Assembly (NCBI GenBank): GCA_965261085.1
Contig: OZ253442.1
Location: 4,203,821-4,267,820 of the forward strand
Direction of reading: 5' to 3'
Source: a bacterium
Lineage (GTDB): Bacteria; UBA8248
Length of the DNA: 64,000 nucleotides
The notes beneath the pieces were generated by a model, which saw nothing but the letters and a program-made list of their open reading frames with translations, did not search any database and was not told the DNA's origin. The position numbers were made by a program, and so were the translations under genes. Shown piece by piece: positions 21,909-31,477 of this stretch. The first letter of the stretch is position 1. The number at the start of each line of letters is the position of its first letter.

Positions 21909-22820
21909 ATGGATGTGTTTCGGAAAGAGCCTTTACCCGCCATATACACTGAACTAGGATTCGTGCGTAAATCGGCTCCTTTTATCCTGGTAGATTGCCC
22001 CGAGGACCTTTCGCGTCTTCGGCAACTCCAAAGCGTCGCTGCTGGTGAAGTCTGCGTTTCCGAACTTGAATGGCTCTACACATTTTTCGTAAAGGCCGAG
22101 TTGCCTGACGACATTCAAGCGCGCGATGGCTCTTCTGACGACGTTATCGAATGGCGCGTCTTCTACTGGAAACTTTGGGACGCCGAATCATTGGTGAAAG
22201 GTTCCAGGCCCACTGAAGCTATTAGTTATGAAAACGCAGGAATCAATGCTGATTTTCTCGACTCGCTCATACATCCCATATCTTGTCTACCTATGCTTCG
22301 GCAAACACAAAACTTGTTCGAGCCCGCCAATGGCAAGGACAAGGGATACGAATTGAAGTCAGAAATGGTTGCCGCCATTAAGAGAATTGAAAACCCACTC
22401 ATTGCTTCCATCAAACTCCCGGCAATGAAACAGGCAATAAAACAACGAAAACCAACCACAACTTCTAAATCGACCAAGACCTCCGGCAACCCGCAAGTCT
22501 CACCCAAACTCCGCGACGCTGTTCTACGGAATAACAATTATCGCTGCATGTTTTGCGGTAATGGCGCGTCAGACGGTGTGAAGTTGGAAGCACATCACAT
22601 TATTACCCGAAGCTTGATCAACAAACTACAACTTGATCCTACTCTTCACATAAATCCCGAAAACTTATGTGCAGCTTGCTTCAGTTGCAACCGAGGCAAA
22701 AGCGACAATCTGGCTACTGAAGACATCGAATTCTACCTTAATGTGTTCTCGAAGCCGGAACATCCGAATCACGGTCTGTTGCGATACATTACAAGGATTT
22801 CCGAATTACAAACATTATAG
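21909..22820 (+). CDS. HNH endonuclease with an uncharacterised N-terminal domain
   Basis: CMFCG...LEAHHI...NLCAACFSCNRGK; AGGAG RBS; AT-richer than left flank. Confidence 0.85.
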   Translation: MDVFRKEPLPAIYTELGFVRKSAPFILVDCPEDLSRLRQLQSVAAGEVCVSELEWLYTFFVKAELPDDIQARDGSSDDVIEWRVFYWKLWDAESLVKGSRPTEAISYENAGINADFLDSLIHPISCLPMLRQTQNLFEPANGKDKGYELKSEMVAAIKRIENPLIASIKLPAMKQAIKQRKPTTTSKSTKTSGNPQVSPKLRDAVLRNNNYRCMFCGNGASDGVKLEAHHIITRSLINKLQLDPTLHINPENLCAACFSCNRGKSDNLATEDIEFYLNVFSKPEHPNHGLLRYITRISELQTL

Positions 22821-22856
22821 AGACAAGTACCGGAGTAGCGATTAGCACGGGTTTAG

Positions 22857-22946
22857 CGGTGTATCCGAATGCGTGGAGTCTGGCAGAAAAAAGATGATGA
22901 GAAAAAGGGTGTAGGGCCGAAACGGCCCTCATCGGCGTGCATGGAA
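22857..22946 (+). repeat. Diverged 90-bp direct repeat, copy B
   Basis: See copy A at 21717-21806. Confidence 0.75.
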
Positions 22947-23050
22947 GAAACGAATTGTCAAATGTTCAGCGCAATTCCTCCTTTAGTATACTGAGTTTTG
23001 AAGATATGGGCGTTACAATGAAGAATGATACGCCTGACTGGTCAAGCTCA

Positions 23051-23578
23051 TTACCTTCTTTTTTTGCGTGATTTCCTTGGGCGCCTTTTCCTTGTTGTGC
23101 TCGCTATAAGCTCAAGTTCTTTGACAAAATCGATCCTGCGACTGGATGGTACCTGGAAGCTCATACAGGTCTTGCCCTGGTGATCCGTAACCGCGAAGTC
23201 GCCCCTTCCGATGATATCCATTCCTATCAAAATGGAAGAACCCAATATATCGCCATCAGTGACTCGTAAGCCGGAAAAGATTACCCCATTAGAGAGATGG
23301 ATATTCACCAGATACACACCAGCGATCCGCTCCCCGTTCGCGGTATAGATTTTCTGCTTGTCTATGGGCTGTAGGCCCAATACCGAAATCACTTCCTGGT
23401 TGATAACCGAGCCGGTAGCACCAGTATCCCATATGGCATTGACGCTTATTACTGAAGGTTTGGATTCTAACGAAGCGGGCTCATATGCTTCACTAACCTC
23501 GACGTCATCGTCTCTGAGAACTCTGGCCCTACCGTTAAATTGTAGTGTGAATGCCCGCGGAGAGTTATCGAGTGGCAA
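23051..23578 (-). CDS. Retropepsin-like (clan AA) aspartyl protease
   Basis: AIWDTGATGS and ILIGMDII motifs; basic C-terminal tail. Confidence 0.85.
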   Translation of the reverse strand: MPLDNSPRAFTLQFNGRARVLRDDDVEVSEAYEPASLESKPSVISVNAIWDTGATGSVINQEVISVLGLQPIDKQKIYTANGERIAGVYLVNIHLSNGVIFSGLRVTDGDILGSSILIGMDIIGRGDFAVTDHQGKTCMSFQVPSSRRIDFVKELELIASTTRKRRPRKSRKKRR

Positions 23579-23591
23579 GAAACAAAATCCG

Positions 23592-23837
23592 TTATATCGC
23601 TATTCGAGAATGAAATGTCTGGGTCGTTTCTTCTTCAGGTTTGAGGCATTGCCGGATGAGAAACGTGCCTGCGTCGTAGTGGCGTTTGGCGGTGGTGTAG
23701 GCATCCAGTTCCGATTCGTAGAAACCCTCTATCGACTCATCGTGTATCAACACGAATTCGCCGTGATGCTCCTCGGCAAGTTCTGCCTGGTGTTGTTGAA
23801 AATACATGATCTGTCTGTCCAATACCTGCATGGCCAA
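23592..23837 (-). CDS. DUF5678-like small protein
   Basis: YFQQHQAELAEEHHGEFVLI...FLIRQC; lies just upstream of the protease. Confidence 0.65.
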   Translation of the reverse strand: MAMQVLDRQIMYFQQHQAELAEEHHGEFVLIHDESIEGFYESELDAYTTAKRHYDAGTFLIRQCLKPEEETTQTFHSRIAI

Positions 23838-23975
23838 GACCCTCTATCAGACAGGCTCTTCTCAAAGAAAACAACGCCTTGTCTATAAGATTACATGCAA
23901 TACCCGAATTTTTGCAAACAATCACAGCTGCAGACACAATGAATTGCCGCTTTCCCGGAAGCCCCCCCAAAACCC

Positions 23976-24746
23976 CTACCAGTCCCAGAAAAGCGTATAC
24001 GCCCTTCCGGTGACGGGCTGGGTTTCGCGCCATTCCAGGCGGGTCTTGCCGGTTTCGTTCAGCATCCGGGGATAGACGCGGCGCTTGTTGAAGCTGTTCG
24101 ACGCCCCCTGGGATTCCTCCCGGCGCGCACCCACTATCTGGCGGCCGGGGGGGATGAGCACTTCGAGGTGAAACTCTTCGGTGGGATATTCCACGACGAG
24201 GGTGACCCATTCGTTTCGCGTGACGAAGGCGTCGCGCAGAACGAGTTCGTGGCGAAGCTCGAAGAGCGCGCCCGCCCGAATCGGCTCGGCCAGCGAGAGA
24301 CTGGCGGAATAATCCGCCCCCGCTTGCTTCTCGATCCGGTATTCCGCGGGCGTCCAGGGGGGGTCGGCTTCTCCTTCTTCGGCGAGACGGTAGGAATAGG
24401 CCACCCGCCTGTCGCCGCTGCCCGTGTGATAGCGCGTCCTCACCCGGGACAACTCCCGCCGGGCCAGACACCGGCGCACGCTCTCCATGCAGGCGCTTCG
24501 GCCCTCGGCGTCTTCTATCGTGTAGGTGCGTGTGTGGAGAAGCACGCGGTAGTCGTACTCGTCGTCTTCTCCCCCCTGCGCCGAGGGAGCGAACCCTGCG
24601 GAGAGGGCTTCTTCTTCGAGATGCCGGAGCCGCGCTTCGAGCGCATCCAGCTTCTCTGAAAGCTCTTCCTGGCGCTTGAGAATCGAAGAAATGCCGCCGG
24701 CCAGCTCTTGGAGCAGGTCTCCCGTTTCCGGATTTTCGTCCGCCAT
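23976..24746 (-). CDS. Hypothetical protein: N-terminal coiled coil plus beta-rich domain
   Basis: Heptad LSEKLDALEARLRHLEE; ends YTLFWDW; GAGG RBS. Confidence 0.7.
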   Translation of the reverse strand: MADENPETGDLLQELAGGISSILKRQEELSEKLDALEARLRHLEEEALSAGFAPSAQGGEDDEYDYRVLLHTRTYTIEDAEGRSACMESVRRCLARRELSRVRTRYHTGSGDRRVAYSYRLAEEGEADPPWTPAEYRIEKQAGADYSASLSLAEPIRAGALFELRHELVLRDAFVTRNEWVTLVVEYPTEEFHLEVLIPPGRQIVGARREESQGASNSFNKRRVYPRMLNETGKTRLEWRETQPVTGRAYTLFWDW

Positions 24747-24958
24747 TGTTCGTGCATCCCTCGCGTTTCGCCGCGACTTTCATGGCGCATTTGCACGTAT
24801 TTGCCGTATTCCTGTCTCACCAGGCAAAGGTATACCAACATACCGGGCGCAGAGGCAAGGAGCACGCCCCGGGCCTCGTTTTCCCGTCGATGAATATGTG
24901 AAAAATACGATAAATTCACATAGTTTTACGATAAATAAATAAAAGTTAAATAGTTGAT

Positions 24959-26113
24959 TTATATGGGATTAAGTTGTTTTAGTCGGCTTTCAGACACCAC
25001 GCGGCGGGCATCGGCCAGTTGTCCGCACGCCGCTAGAATATCGCTTCCCTTGCTGACGCGCGTGGTCGCCACCAGGCCGGCGGCCAAGAGTATGCGTCGG
25101 AATTCCTCGACCCGGCCATCGTCTGGCCGCTCAAAGGGGGCTCCCGGAAACGGATTCCAGGGAATCAGGTTCACCTTGCACTTGAGCCCCTCCAGGAGCC
25201 TTGAGAGCTCCTTAGCTTCTTGTTTCGAGTCATTTACCCCCAGGAGCATGACGTATTCAAATGTGATGCGGCGCCGTTCGCTGACCGGCAACTCTCGGCA
25301 TTCATCAATCAGCGCCCTTAAATTCCACTTGCGGTTGAGAGGCACGAGTTTCCCTCTGGTTTCATCATCCGCCGCGTGAAGCGATACCGCCAAACCCACG
25401 CCCGGAACGGCAAAGACGAAATCCCGAAGTCTCGAGACGACCCCCACCGTCGATACGGTAAGCCTCCTGGCGCTGACGCCATTTGCTTGCGGGTGCGTCA
25501 GAATTTTCACGGCCTTGACAGTGGCGTCGAAATTATCGAGCGGCTCGCCCATTCCCATGAATACGATGTTATGAAAACGCTCTCCCTCAGCGAGGTGGTT
25601 TCTCGCGGCGATGAATTGGCCTACGATTTCACCGGCCGTCAACTGCCTGACGAAACCCATCTTCGCCGTCAGACAAAACGCGCATCCCATCGCGCATCCG
25701 ACCTGCGTGGAGACGCAAAGAGACCACCGCATCACGCCATTTACGTTTCTCATCGGTATCCGGACGCTCTCGACTCGCGCGCCGTCGCGAAGCCGCCACA
25801 CATATTTTTCCGTGCCATCCGCACTTTTGCTCTCCTGGTCGAGTTCGATAGTCTCCAGGCGAGCCGTTTTCCCGAGTTTTGCTCTAAAACCCTTTGGAAT
25901 GTTGGTCATTTGAGAGAACTTGCTCACACCGTGGGCGTATAGCCATGAGAACATTTGCCGGCCTCTATAAGAGGTTTCCCCCATCTGCTCGCATAACGAA
26001 ACGAGTTCCTCTTCATCCATGCCGACAAGCCCAATTGACCCGGAGGACAGCGATCGATCTTCCCGACCTGATGCGATTTTCGGTGTCGCGTCATTTTTCA
26101 TAGATGGGCTCAT
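24959..26113 (-). CDS. rlmN: Dual-specificity RNA methyltransferase RlmN
   Basis: STQVGCAMGCAFC, MGMGEP, AACGQL. Confidence 0.96.
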   Translation of the reverse strand: MSPSMKNDATPKIASGREDRSLSSGSIGLVGMDEEELVSLCEQMGETSYRGRQMFSWLYAHGVSKFSQMTNIPKGFRAKLGKTARLETIELDQESKSADGTEKYVWRLRDGARVESVRIPMRNVNGVMRWSLCVSTQVGCAMGCAFCLTAKMGFVRQLTAGEIVGQFIAARNHLAEGERFHNIVFMGMGEPLDNFDATVKAVKILTHPQANGVSARRLTVSTVGVVSRLRDFVFAVPGVGLAVSLHAADDETRGKLVPLNRKWNLRALIDECRELPVSERRRITFEYVMLLGVNDSKQEAKELSRLLEGLKCKVNLIPWNPFPGAPFERPDDGRVEEFRRILLAAGLVATTRVSKGSDILAACGQLADARRVVSESRLKQLNPI

Positions 26114-26174
26114 GGTGTTATGGTTTGCCCGCTTCGCTTCTCGCTTGAATCATATCATGGTTATCCATTCGTGA

Positions 26175-26825
26175 ATGGAGAGTGCTCATATGGCCATACG
26201 CGCGCTTCTTTTAGACCACGACGGCACACTTGTCGACAGCTATGAGGGAATCGCCAAGTGCATGCGCCTCATGTGCCGTGATTTGGGCGTACCCGAAATG
26301 AGTGATGCGGAAATTCTCGCATCCATTGGTCCTACGCTCGAGGAAAGATTCACCCAACTGTGGGGAGAAGACATGGCCAACGAGGCAGTGCGCATCTACC
26401 GCTCCCATTACAAGGTTCATAATGTCGCAGGCACCTATATTATCCCTGGGGTGAAAAAAACACTCGAAACCCTCGCTCACCGGGGTATTCAGATGGCTTG
26501 CGTTTCGAACAAAGCATGGTTTTTCTGTAAGCAGCAATTAGAGCATGTCGGTCTTCTCCCCTACATTCTGAAGGTATTCGGGCACCACCAGGGATATGCA
26601 CCAAAACCGGACCCTGAAATGCTGTTCGCCGCCATCAAATCGCTCGAAGTGAAACCTGAAGAAGTCGTCATGGTTGGGGATACGGCGACAGACGTACAGG
26701 CCGCCAGAAACGCATCTATCCCTGCATGGATCATCAAAGGAAAATACTCCCAGTACCATGAAATAATAAAATCAAACCCAGATAGGTATTTAGAAAAAAT
26801 AGAGGATATTCTGGACCTAGTATAA
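26175..26825 (+). CDS. HAD-family hydrolase (phosphoglycolate phosphatase-like)
   Basis: DHDGTLVDS, SNK, KPDP, VGDT..D. Confidence 0.88.
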   Translation: MESAHMAIRALLLDHDGTLVDSYEGIAKCMRLMCRDLGVPEMSDAEILASIGPTLEERFTQLWGEDMANEAVRIYRSHYKVHNVAGTYIIPGVKKTLETLAHRGIQMACVSNKAWFFCKQQLEHVGLLPYILKVFGHHQGYAPKPDPEMLFAAIKSLEVKPEEVVMVGDTATDVQAARNASIPAWIIKGKYSQYHEIIKSNPDRYLEKIEDILDLV

Positions 26826-27029
26826 TTTGCCATCTGCCGCTTGCGCACTCGATCGCGGTTCCTTATCTTGTTTCGTCGAGAAAAGGAGAGATGCTTTCGC
26901 ATCAACTTCAATATCTCGCCAAAATTACTTCTATTTCGCGCAAGATATTTATCTTGCCCTTTCATCTCGTGGCCTTGAGTCTAAAGAGGAAGGCTCTCAC
27001 CCTATACTCATTCTAATACTCTCCTCGGA

Positions 27030-27788
27030 ATGAATCTCATGAACCTCATCATTGGCGCCCTGATTGCAATTTACATCCTATTCCTAATACTCGAACTAAA
27101 GGACTTGCGCCGTGGGCGAAGCAAATACACGTGGGCGCTTTCGAGACTCCCGCTGGCCGGAATTACTCTTGCCGCGGTATGGATGCTCCATGCGCAACCT
27201 CTTCCGTCTATAACGAAATCGATGCAGCTAAAAAAAATTCTATTCCTCACCCCAAAAATTCATCTCGATGAACATATGGAGACAACGACGAGCGGAAAAT
27301 TCGTGACCGAAGAACCTGGAATCTTTTGGTACATAGATCATTACTCCAGGCTCTATGAGGTCGACCCCCTGCTGGTGCGCGCCGTCATCGAAGTGGAAAG
27401 CAACTTCAATCCAAAAGCCGTTTCTCGCAATGGCGCCAAAGGACTGATGCAAATCAACTCGATTACAGCCAAACATTTGGGCCTCAACAATGTTTTTGAT
27501 ATCCGTGAGAACATCAAGGGCGGCGTGCGCTATCTACGATACCTACTTGAACTATATGATTGGGATTTGCATATGGCGCTGGCCTCATACAATGCGGGGC
27601 CCGCTAACATCCAACACTATAATGGGGTTCCGCCTTTTCAAGAAACACGCCGATACATCTCAAGGATCATAGAAGTATATGAGCGTCTCACAAGAACGAA
27701 GGAAGTCTTTAATGACACATCTCGACTTTCAGCCTTGCTCCGTCAATCGCCCAACGCTCAAACAAAACCAGACAGTGCAACTCGGTAG
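27030..27788 (+). CDS. Membrane-anchored lytic transglycosylase (SLT domain)
   Basis: VESNFNP, GAKGLMQ, YNAG, ETRRY; two N-terminal hydrophobic segments. Confidence 0.9.
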   Translation: MNLMNLIIGALIAIYILFLILELKDLRRGRSKYTWALSRLPLAGITLAAVWMLHAQPLPSITKSMQLKKILFLTPKIHLDEHMETTTSGKFVTEEPGIFWYIDHYSRLYEVDPLLVRAVIEVESNFNPKAVSRNGAKGLMQINSITAKHLGLNNVFDIRENIKGGVRYLRYLLELYDWDLHMALASYNAGPANIQHYNGVPPFQETRRYISRIIEVYERLTRTKEVFNDTSRLSALLRQSPNAQTKPDSATR

Positions 27789-27980
27789 GAAATCGTACTC
27801 CCATGCCCATAAACCATAAAGATTGGTTTCATTTGAATGAAGCTCAGGTATTTGAATTTTGTGGCAATGATGCATCATTATAAATTCAGACTGCCGAAAC
27901 CCGCGTGATTTCTATATTTTGAGAATTCAACGAAAGCCATTCGGACCCGATTCATTATAATCATAGCACCAGGAAATAGA

Positions 27981-28721
27981 ATGCCGACCAGAACTGCCTC
28001 ACCAACCACCCGAAAACGAAAAATCCTGACACTCGCGAATAGATTATTGTCTCGTTTCGGGAGGCCAAAGCACATCAAACAAAGTAATCTTTTAGATGCC
28101 CTGGTCGAAACCCTCCTTTCACAAAGCACGACCGACCATAACCGCGACCTGGCGTTTGATTCCTTGAAAAATACTTTTGCCAACTGGGATGATATCGCCG
28201 ACTCTCCTCAAACAGATATTGCTCGGGCAATCCGTTCCGCTGGTTTGGGTAATCAGAAAGCCGGGAGAATCCGAGATTTTCTCAGATGGATCCGCGAGGA
28301 TAGAGAACAACTCTGTTTGGAATTCTTGCATCATGAATCAGATGATTTCGCCGTGCAATATCTTACTCGTCATAAAGGCATCGGCATCAAAACCGCTTAT
28401 GTCACCTTGATGCTGGCTTCAAACCGGGATTTATTCCCTATCGATGTTCACATTCACCGGATCATGATTCGCCTAGGCATAATTGACGAGAAAACCACGC
28501 CCGAGAAATCTCACGCAGTCCTCGCTCCACTTATTCCAGAAGGGCGTGCTCATGAATTGCACATGAATATGCTGAGTTTTGGGCGAACCATCTGCACCGC
28601 TCGAAATCCGAAATGCCCTGACTGTGATTTGAAGCGAATGTGTCGCTACTACAAAGACAAGAACCCAAGGAAATCTAAAGGCGGAGAAATTCATCTTCCC
28701 AAAAAGCAAATCAGCCCATGA
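27981..28721 (+). CDS. nth: Endonuclease III-family HhH-GPD DNA glycosylase
   Basis: LSQSTTD, GIGIKTA, PIDVH, CTARNPKCPDCDLKRMC. Confidence 0.8.
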   Translation: MPTRTASPTTRKRKILTLANRLLSRFGRPKHIKQSNLLDALVETLLSQSTTDHNRDLAFDSLKNTFANWDDIADSPQTDIARAIRSAGLGNQKAGRIRDFLRWIREDREQLCLEFLHHESDDFAVQYLTRHKGIGIKTAYVTLMLASNRDLFPIDVHIHRIMIRLGIIDEKTTPEKSHAVLAPLIPEGRAHELHMNMLSFGRTICTARNPKCPDCDLKRMCRYYKDKNPRKSKGGEIHLPKKQISP

Positions 28722-29614
28722 ACTTGATCCAACTGGTCGGGCCGGGAGAGCTGTTTGCAATCGCATCTTCCATCACATTCTCCGTGGCGCAAACTTTTCT
28801 CAGACAAGGAATGAGAAGCGTATCCCCGCTCGCTACCGCCCTGATTGTCAATGGAATCGTAAGCCTGGGCGGCTTTGTTTTATCCATCCTGAAAGGCACA
28901 CTTTTTACTTCTAAACCAGAAACTATTCTATGGTATGCCGCTGTGGGTGCTACGGGTCCCACTATTGGAAGATATTGTTATCTGGTGGGCGTCTCCCGCA
29001 TGGGGCTCAGCCGCACCGTCCCCATATCCTCCGCCGCCCCAATTTGGGGAACACTTCTCGCAGTTCTATTCTTGGGTGAAGCACCAACAACCATGGTTAT
29101 ACTAGGCACTCTCGGCATCGTCGTCGGCGTATCCATTCTCGGCATACAAGATGACAAGTCTCAATCGTTCAAAAGCTGGTTTCAAGGAGCTCTGGTATTC
29201 CCACTCACCGCATCTTTGGCATATGCAGCAGCGCCCATCTTCGTCAAACTCGCGTATACCCATCAGGCGACGCCTATTGTCGGCATGGCCGTATCTTTTG
29301 CTACGGCCAATTGCATTCTTCTCCTCATCAAGCCAATCCTACCCGGCCAAAGAGAAATTAAGGGTGATAAAAGAGGTTTCATATGGGTAGGAGGGGCGGG
29401 ACTCATCGGCATTTGTAGTTCTTACATGCTTTGGACAGCTTTTACGATGGCGAGCGTATCTACCGCTCTCCCCTTGAGCCGTATCGCACCGATTTGGGTA
29501 ATGATTCTGAGCTATTTTTTCTTGGGCAAGCTCGAAATAATCAACCGAAAGACAGTTTTGGCCACGATTTGCGTTGTCATAGGCGGAGTGCTGATCACTG
29601 CTTTCAGGAACTAA
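28718..29614 (+). CDS. DMT/EamA-family transporter
   Basis: About 10 hydrophobic segments in two repeats, FLGE motif. Confidence 0.85.
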   Translation: MNLIQLVGPGELFAIASSITFSVAQTFLRQGMRSVSPLATALIVNGIVSLGGFVLSILKGTLFTSKPETILWYAAVGATGPTIGRYCYLVGVSRMGLSRTVPISSAAPIWGTLLAVLFLGEAPTTMVILGTLGIVVGVSILGIQDDKSQSFKSWFQGALVFPLTASLAYAAAPIFVKLAYTHQATPIVGMAVSFATANCILLLIKPILPGQREIKGDKRGFIWVGGAGLIGICSSYMLWTAFTMASVSTALPLSRIAPIWVMILSYFFLGKLEIINRKTVLATICVVIGGVLITAFRN

Positions 29615-29680
29615 CTCTCGTGAAGCGAGCGAAACCCCAAATTTCGTCCCGATGTCGAATCTCTACCGCCTCACGAAACC

Positions 29681-30928
29681 CTATCTTCCCGCCGCCGCCT
29701 CGGCCACACGCGGGGAGTAGACGATATCGTCCATTTGCGGCGGATCTTCCAGAAAACCTGCCGCTTTAAGTGTTAACACATCGTTCGTGCCGTCTGAATG
29801 CAGAAAACTCAAGGCATCACGCATGAGTTTCTCGATGGGGTTTTTCCGCATATACCCCGCTGCTCCCCATAGTTCCATGGCCGCCTGACAAACTTTTACG
29901 GCGGACTCGGATGCGAATACTTTGCTCAGCATCGCATTTTTCCGGTCCATCTCCTCAAGCTGGGTGGACCACGCCGTACGCCATAAATAAGAACGAGACG
30001 CCTCTATCTTCATCGCCATCCGCGCAAGCCTCACCTGCTGAAGCTGGTGGTCAAGCAAAGGCACGCTCCCTTGAATTCTGGCATGCGCATACTGCAAAGA
30101 AAGATCATATGCCCGTTGCGCAACACCCAAGACAGTGGCACCCGCTTGAATGTTACTTCCGTGTCTTATGAACAAATTGGCGAGAGCGGGCAAAGCTTGG
30201 CCCACTTCCCCGATTTGGTCCTCATCAGGAATTTCCACATCGTGAAACTCCAATGTGCCATTCTGAACACACCGCTGACCGAGCTTGTCCCACACTTCCG
30301 TGACTTCAAAGCCCTTGGCGTCAGAGGGAACCAAAAAAGCCGTGAGACTATTCATCATAGGGTTATTCTTATCTGTACGGGCTGCAATTTGATAAACTTT
30401 TGCGAGACCCCCATTCGAGATGTATCGCTTGGCGCCATTCAACATCCAGCGGTCTCCCTTTTTTTCAGCATATGTCTGTATTCCAGCACCGGGATTTTGA
30501 TTGGGCCATACATTGTCACTACCCGCCATGGGTTCCGTCCAAGCCGTCGCCAGAATACATTCATCATCATCCATTATTTTGGGGAGCCAGCGTTTTTGCT
30601 GTTCTTCATTCGCCATATTAGCAATCGACGTCATAATCTTCCAAGTCTGATCAAAGGCGACGGCAAGTCCCAAATCCCCATACGCCAAGGTTTCACCCAC
30701 AACGGCGCAGGAAAGCACATCGGCGCCTTCGCCTCCAAATTCTTTCGGGACGGTAAGCGTTCTAAGGCCTCGCCTTGAACCTTCTCTGATGACTTCCCAG
30801 TTAAAGGATTTTTCAGGGTCCTGTATGCTATCCGCGACCTCCGCGGCGGGAATCATCACTTCGGTAGCAAATCTTTTCGCAATATCTCTGAGTTCAGTCT
30901 GCCGGGGTGTAAGTTGGAAATCGACCAT
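29681..30928 (-). CDS. Acyl-CoA dehydrogenase family protein
   Basis: TEPMAGSD, LNGAKRYISNG, KLGQR, GAAGY...RDA. Confidence 0.9.
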   Translation of the reverse strand: MVDFQLTPRQTELRDIAKRFATEVMIPAAEVADSIQDPEKSFNWEVIREGSRRGLRTLTVPKEFGGEGADVLSCAVVGETLAYGDLGLAVAFDQTWKIMTSIANMANEEQQKRWLPKIMDDDECILATAWTEPMAGSDNVWPNQNPGAGIQTYAEKKGDRWMLNGAKRYISNGGLAKVYQIAARTDKNNPMMNSLTAFLVPSDAKGFEVTEVWDKLGQRCVQNGTLEFHDVEIPDEDQIGEVGQALPALANLFIRHGSNIQAGATVLGVAQRAYDLSLQYAHARIQGSVPLLDHQLQQVRLARMAMKIEASRSYLWRTAWSTQLEEMDRKNAMLSKVFASESAVKVCQAAMELWGAAGYMRKNPIEKLMRDALSFLHSDGTNDVLTLKAAGFLEDPPQMDDIVYSPRVAEAAAGR

Positions 30929-31058
30929 CGGTTTCATCCTCCAAAGAGAACACATGTCATGTCTATTTCATCGCGATGAAATTGTTGTGAATCATTATGC
31001 CAAGGAGAACCCGTGCTTGGGTTCCCGTGTTTGCTAATGCGCAGAATGGGAAAGCATT

Positions 31059-31457
31059 TTACTGAGCCGATACATTCTCGCATAACTCGATGCGAATGTT
31101 TCCGGGTCCCCTAACGTAGGCGATCATGCGCCCTCCAATACCACGGCGCACGGGCTCTACCATAATCTCCGCTCCTTTGTTTCTTAGCCATTCGACTGAT
31201 GCTTTCACATCCGGGACTCCAAACCCAAAATGGTCCAAACCCTGAACCAGTTCCGGCCCCACGGAATCTGGCGTTTCTTCAGGTCTGATGCCACGCGCGA
31301 ATATCACCAAGTGACCAATCTGAATCGCCGCATTGGGCGAGCCCTTGAAGTCCTCATCGTAGCGAATAATTTCAGCGTCAAACACATTCTGAAAATACTC
31401 GGCAAATGCCTTCACATCTGCACAAACGTAGTGAATATGATCAAAACCAAATTCCAT
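31059..31457 (-). CDS. VOC/glyoxalase family protein
   Basis: FDHIH, LDHFGF, GPGNIRIEL. Confidence 0.85.
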   Translation of the reverse strand: MEFGFDHIHYVCADVKAFAEYFQNVFDAEIIRYDEDFKGSPNAAIQIGHLVIFARGIRPEETPDSVGPELVQGLDHFGFGVPDVKASVEWLRNKGAEIMVEPVRRGIGGRMIAYVRGPGNIRIELCENVSAQ

Positions 31458-31477
31458 CAAACCCCTCAAATTTGAGA

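Noticed and set aside
24924-24951. dif-like site (TTTTACGATAA-ATAAAT-AAAAGTTAAAT)
   Set aside because: The 11-6-11 spacing fits, but the essential inner TTAT of the XerD arm is missing; likely chance in an AT-rich patch
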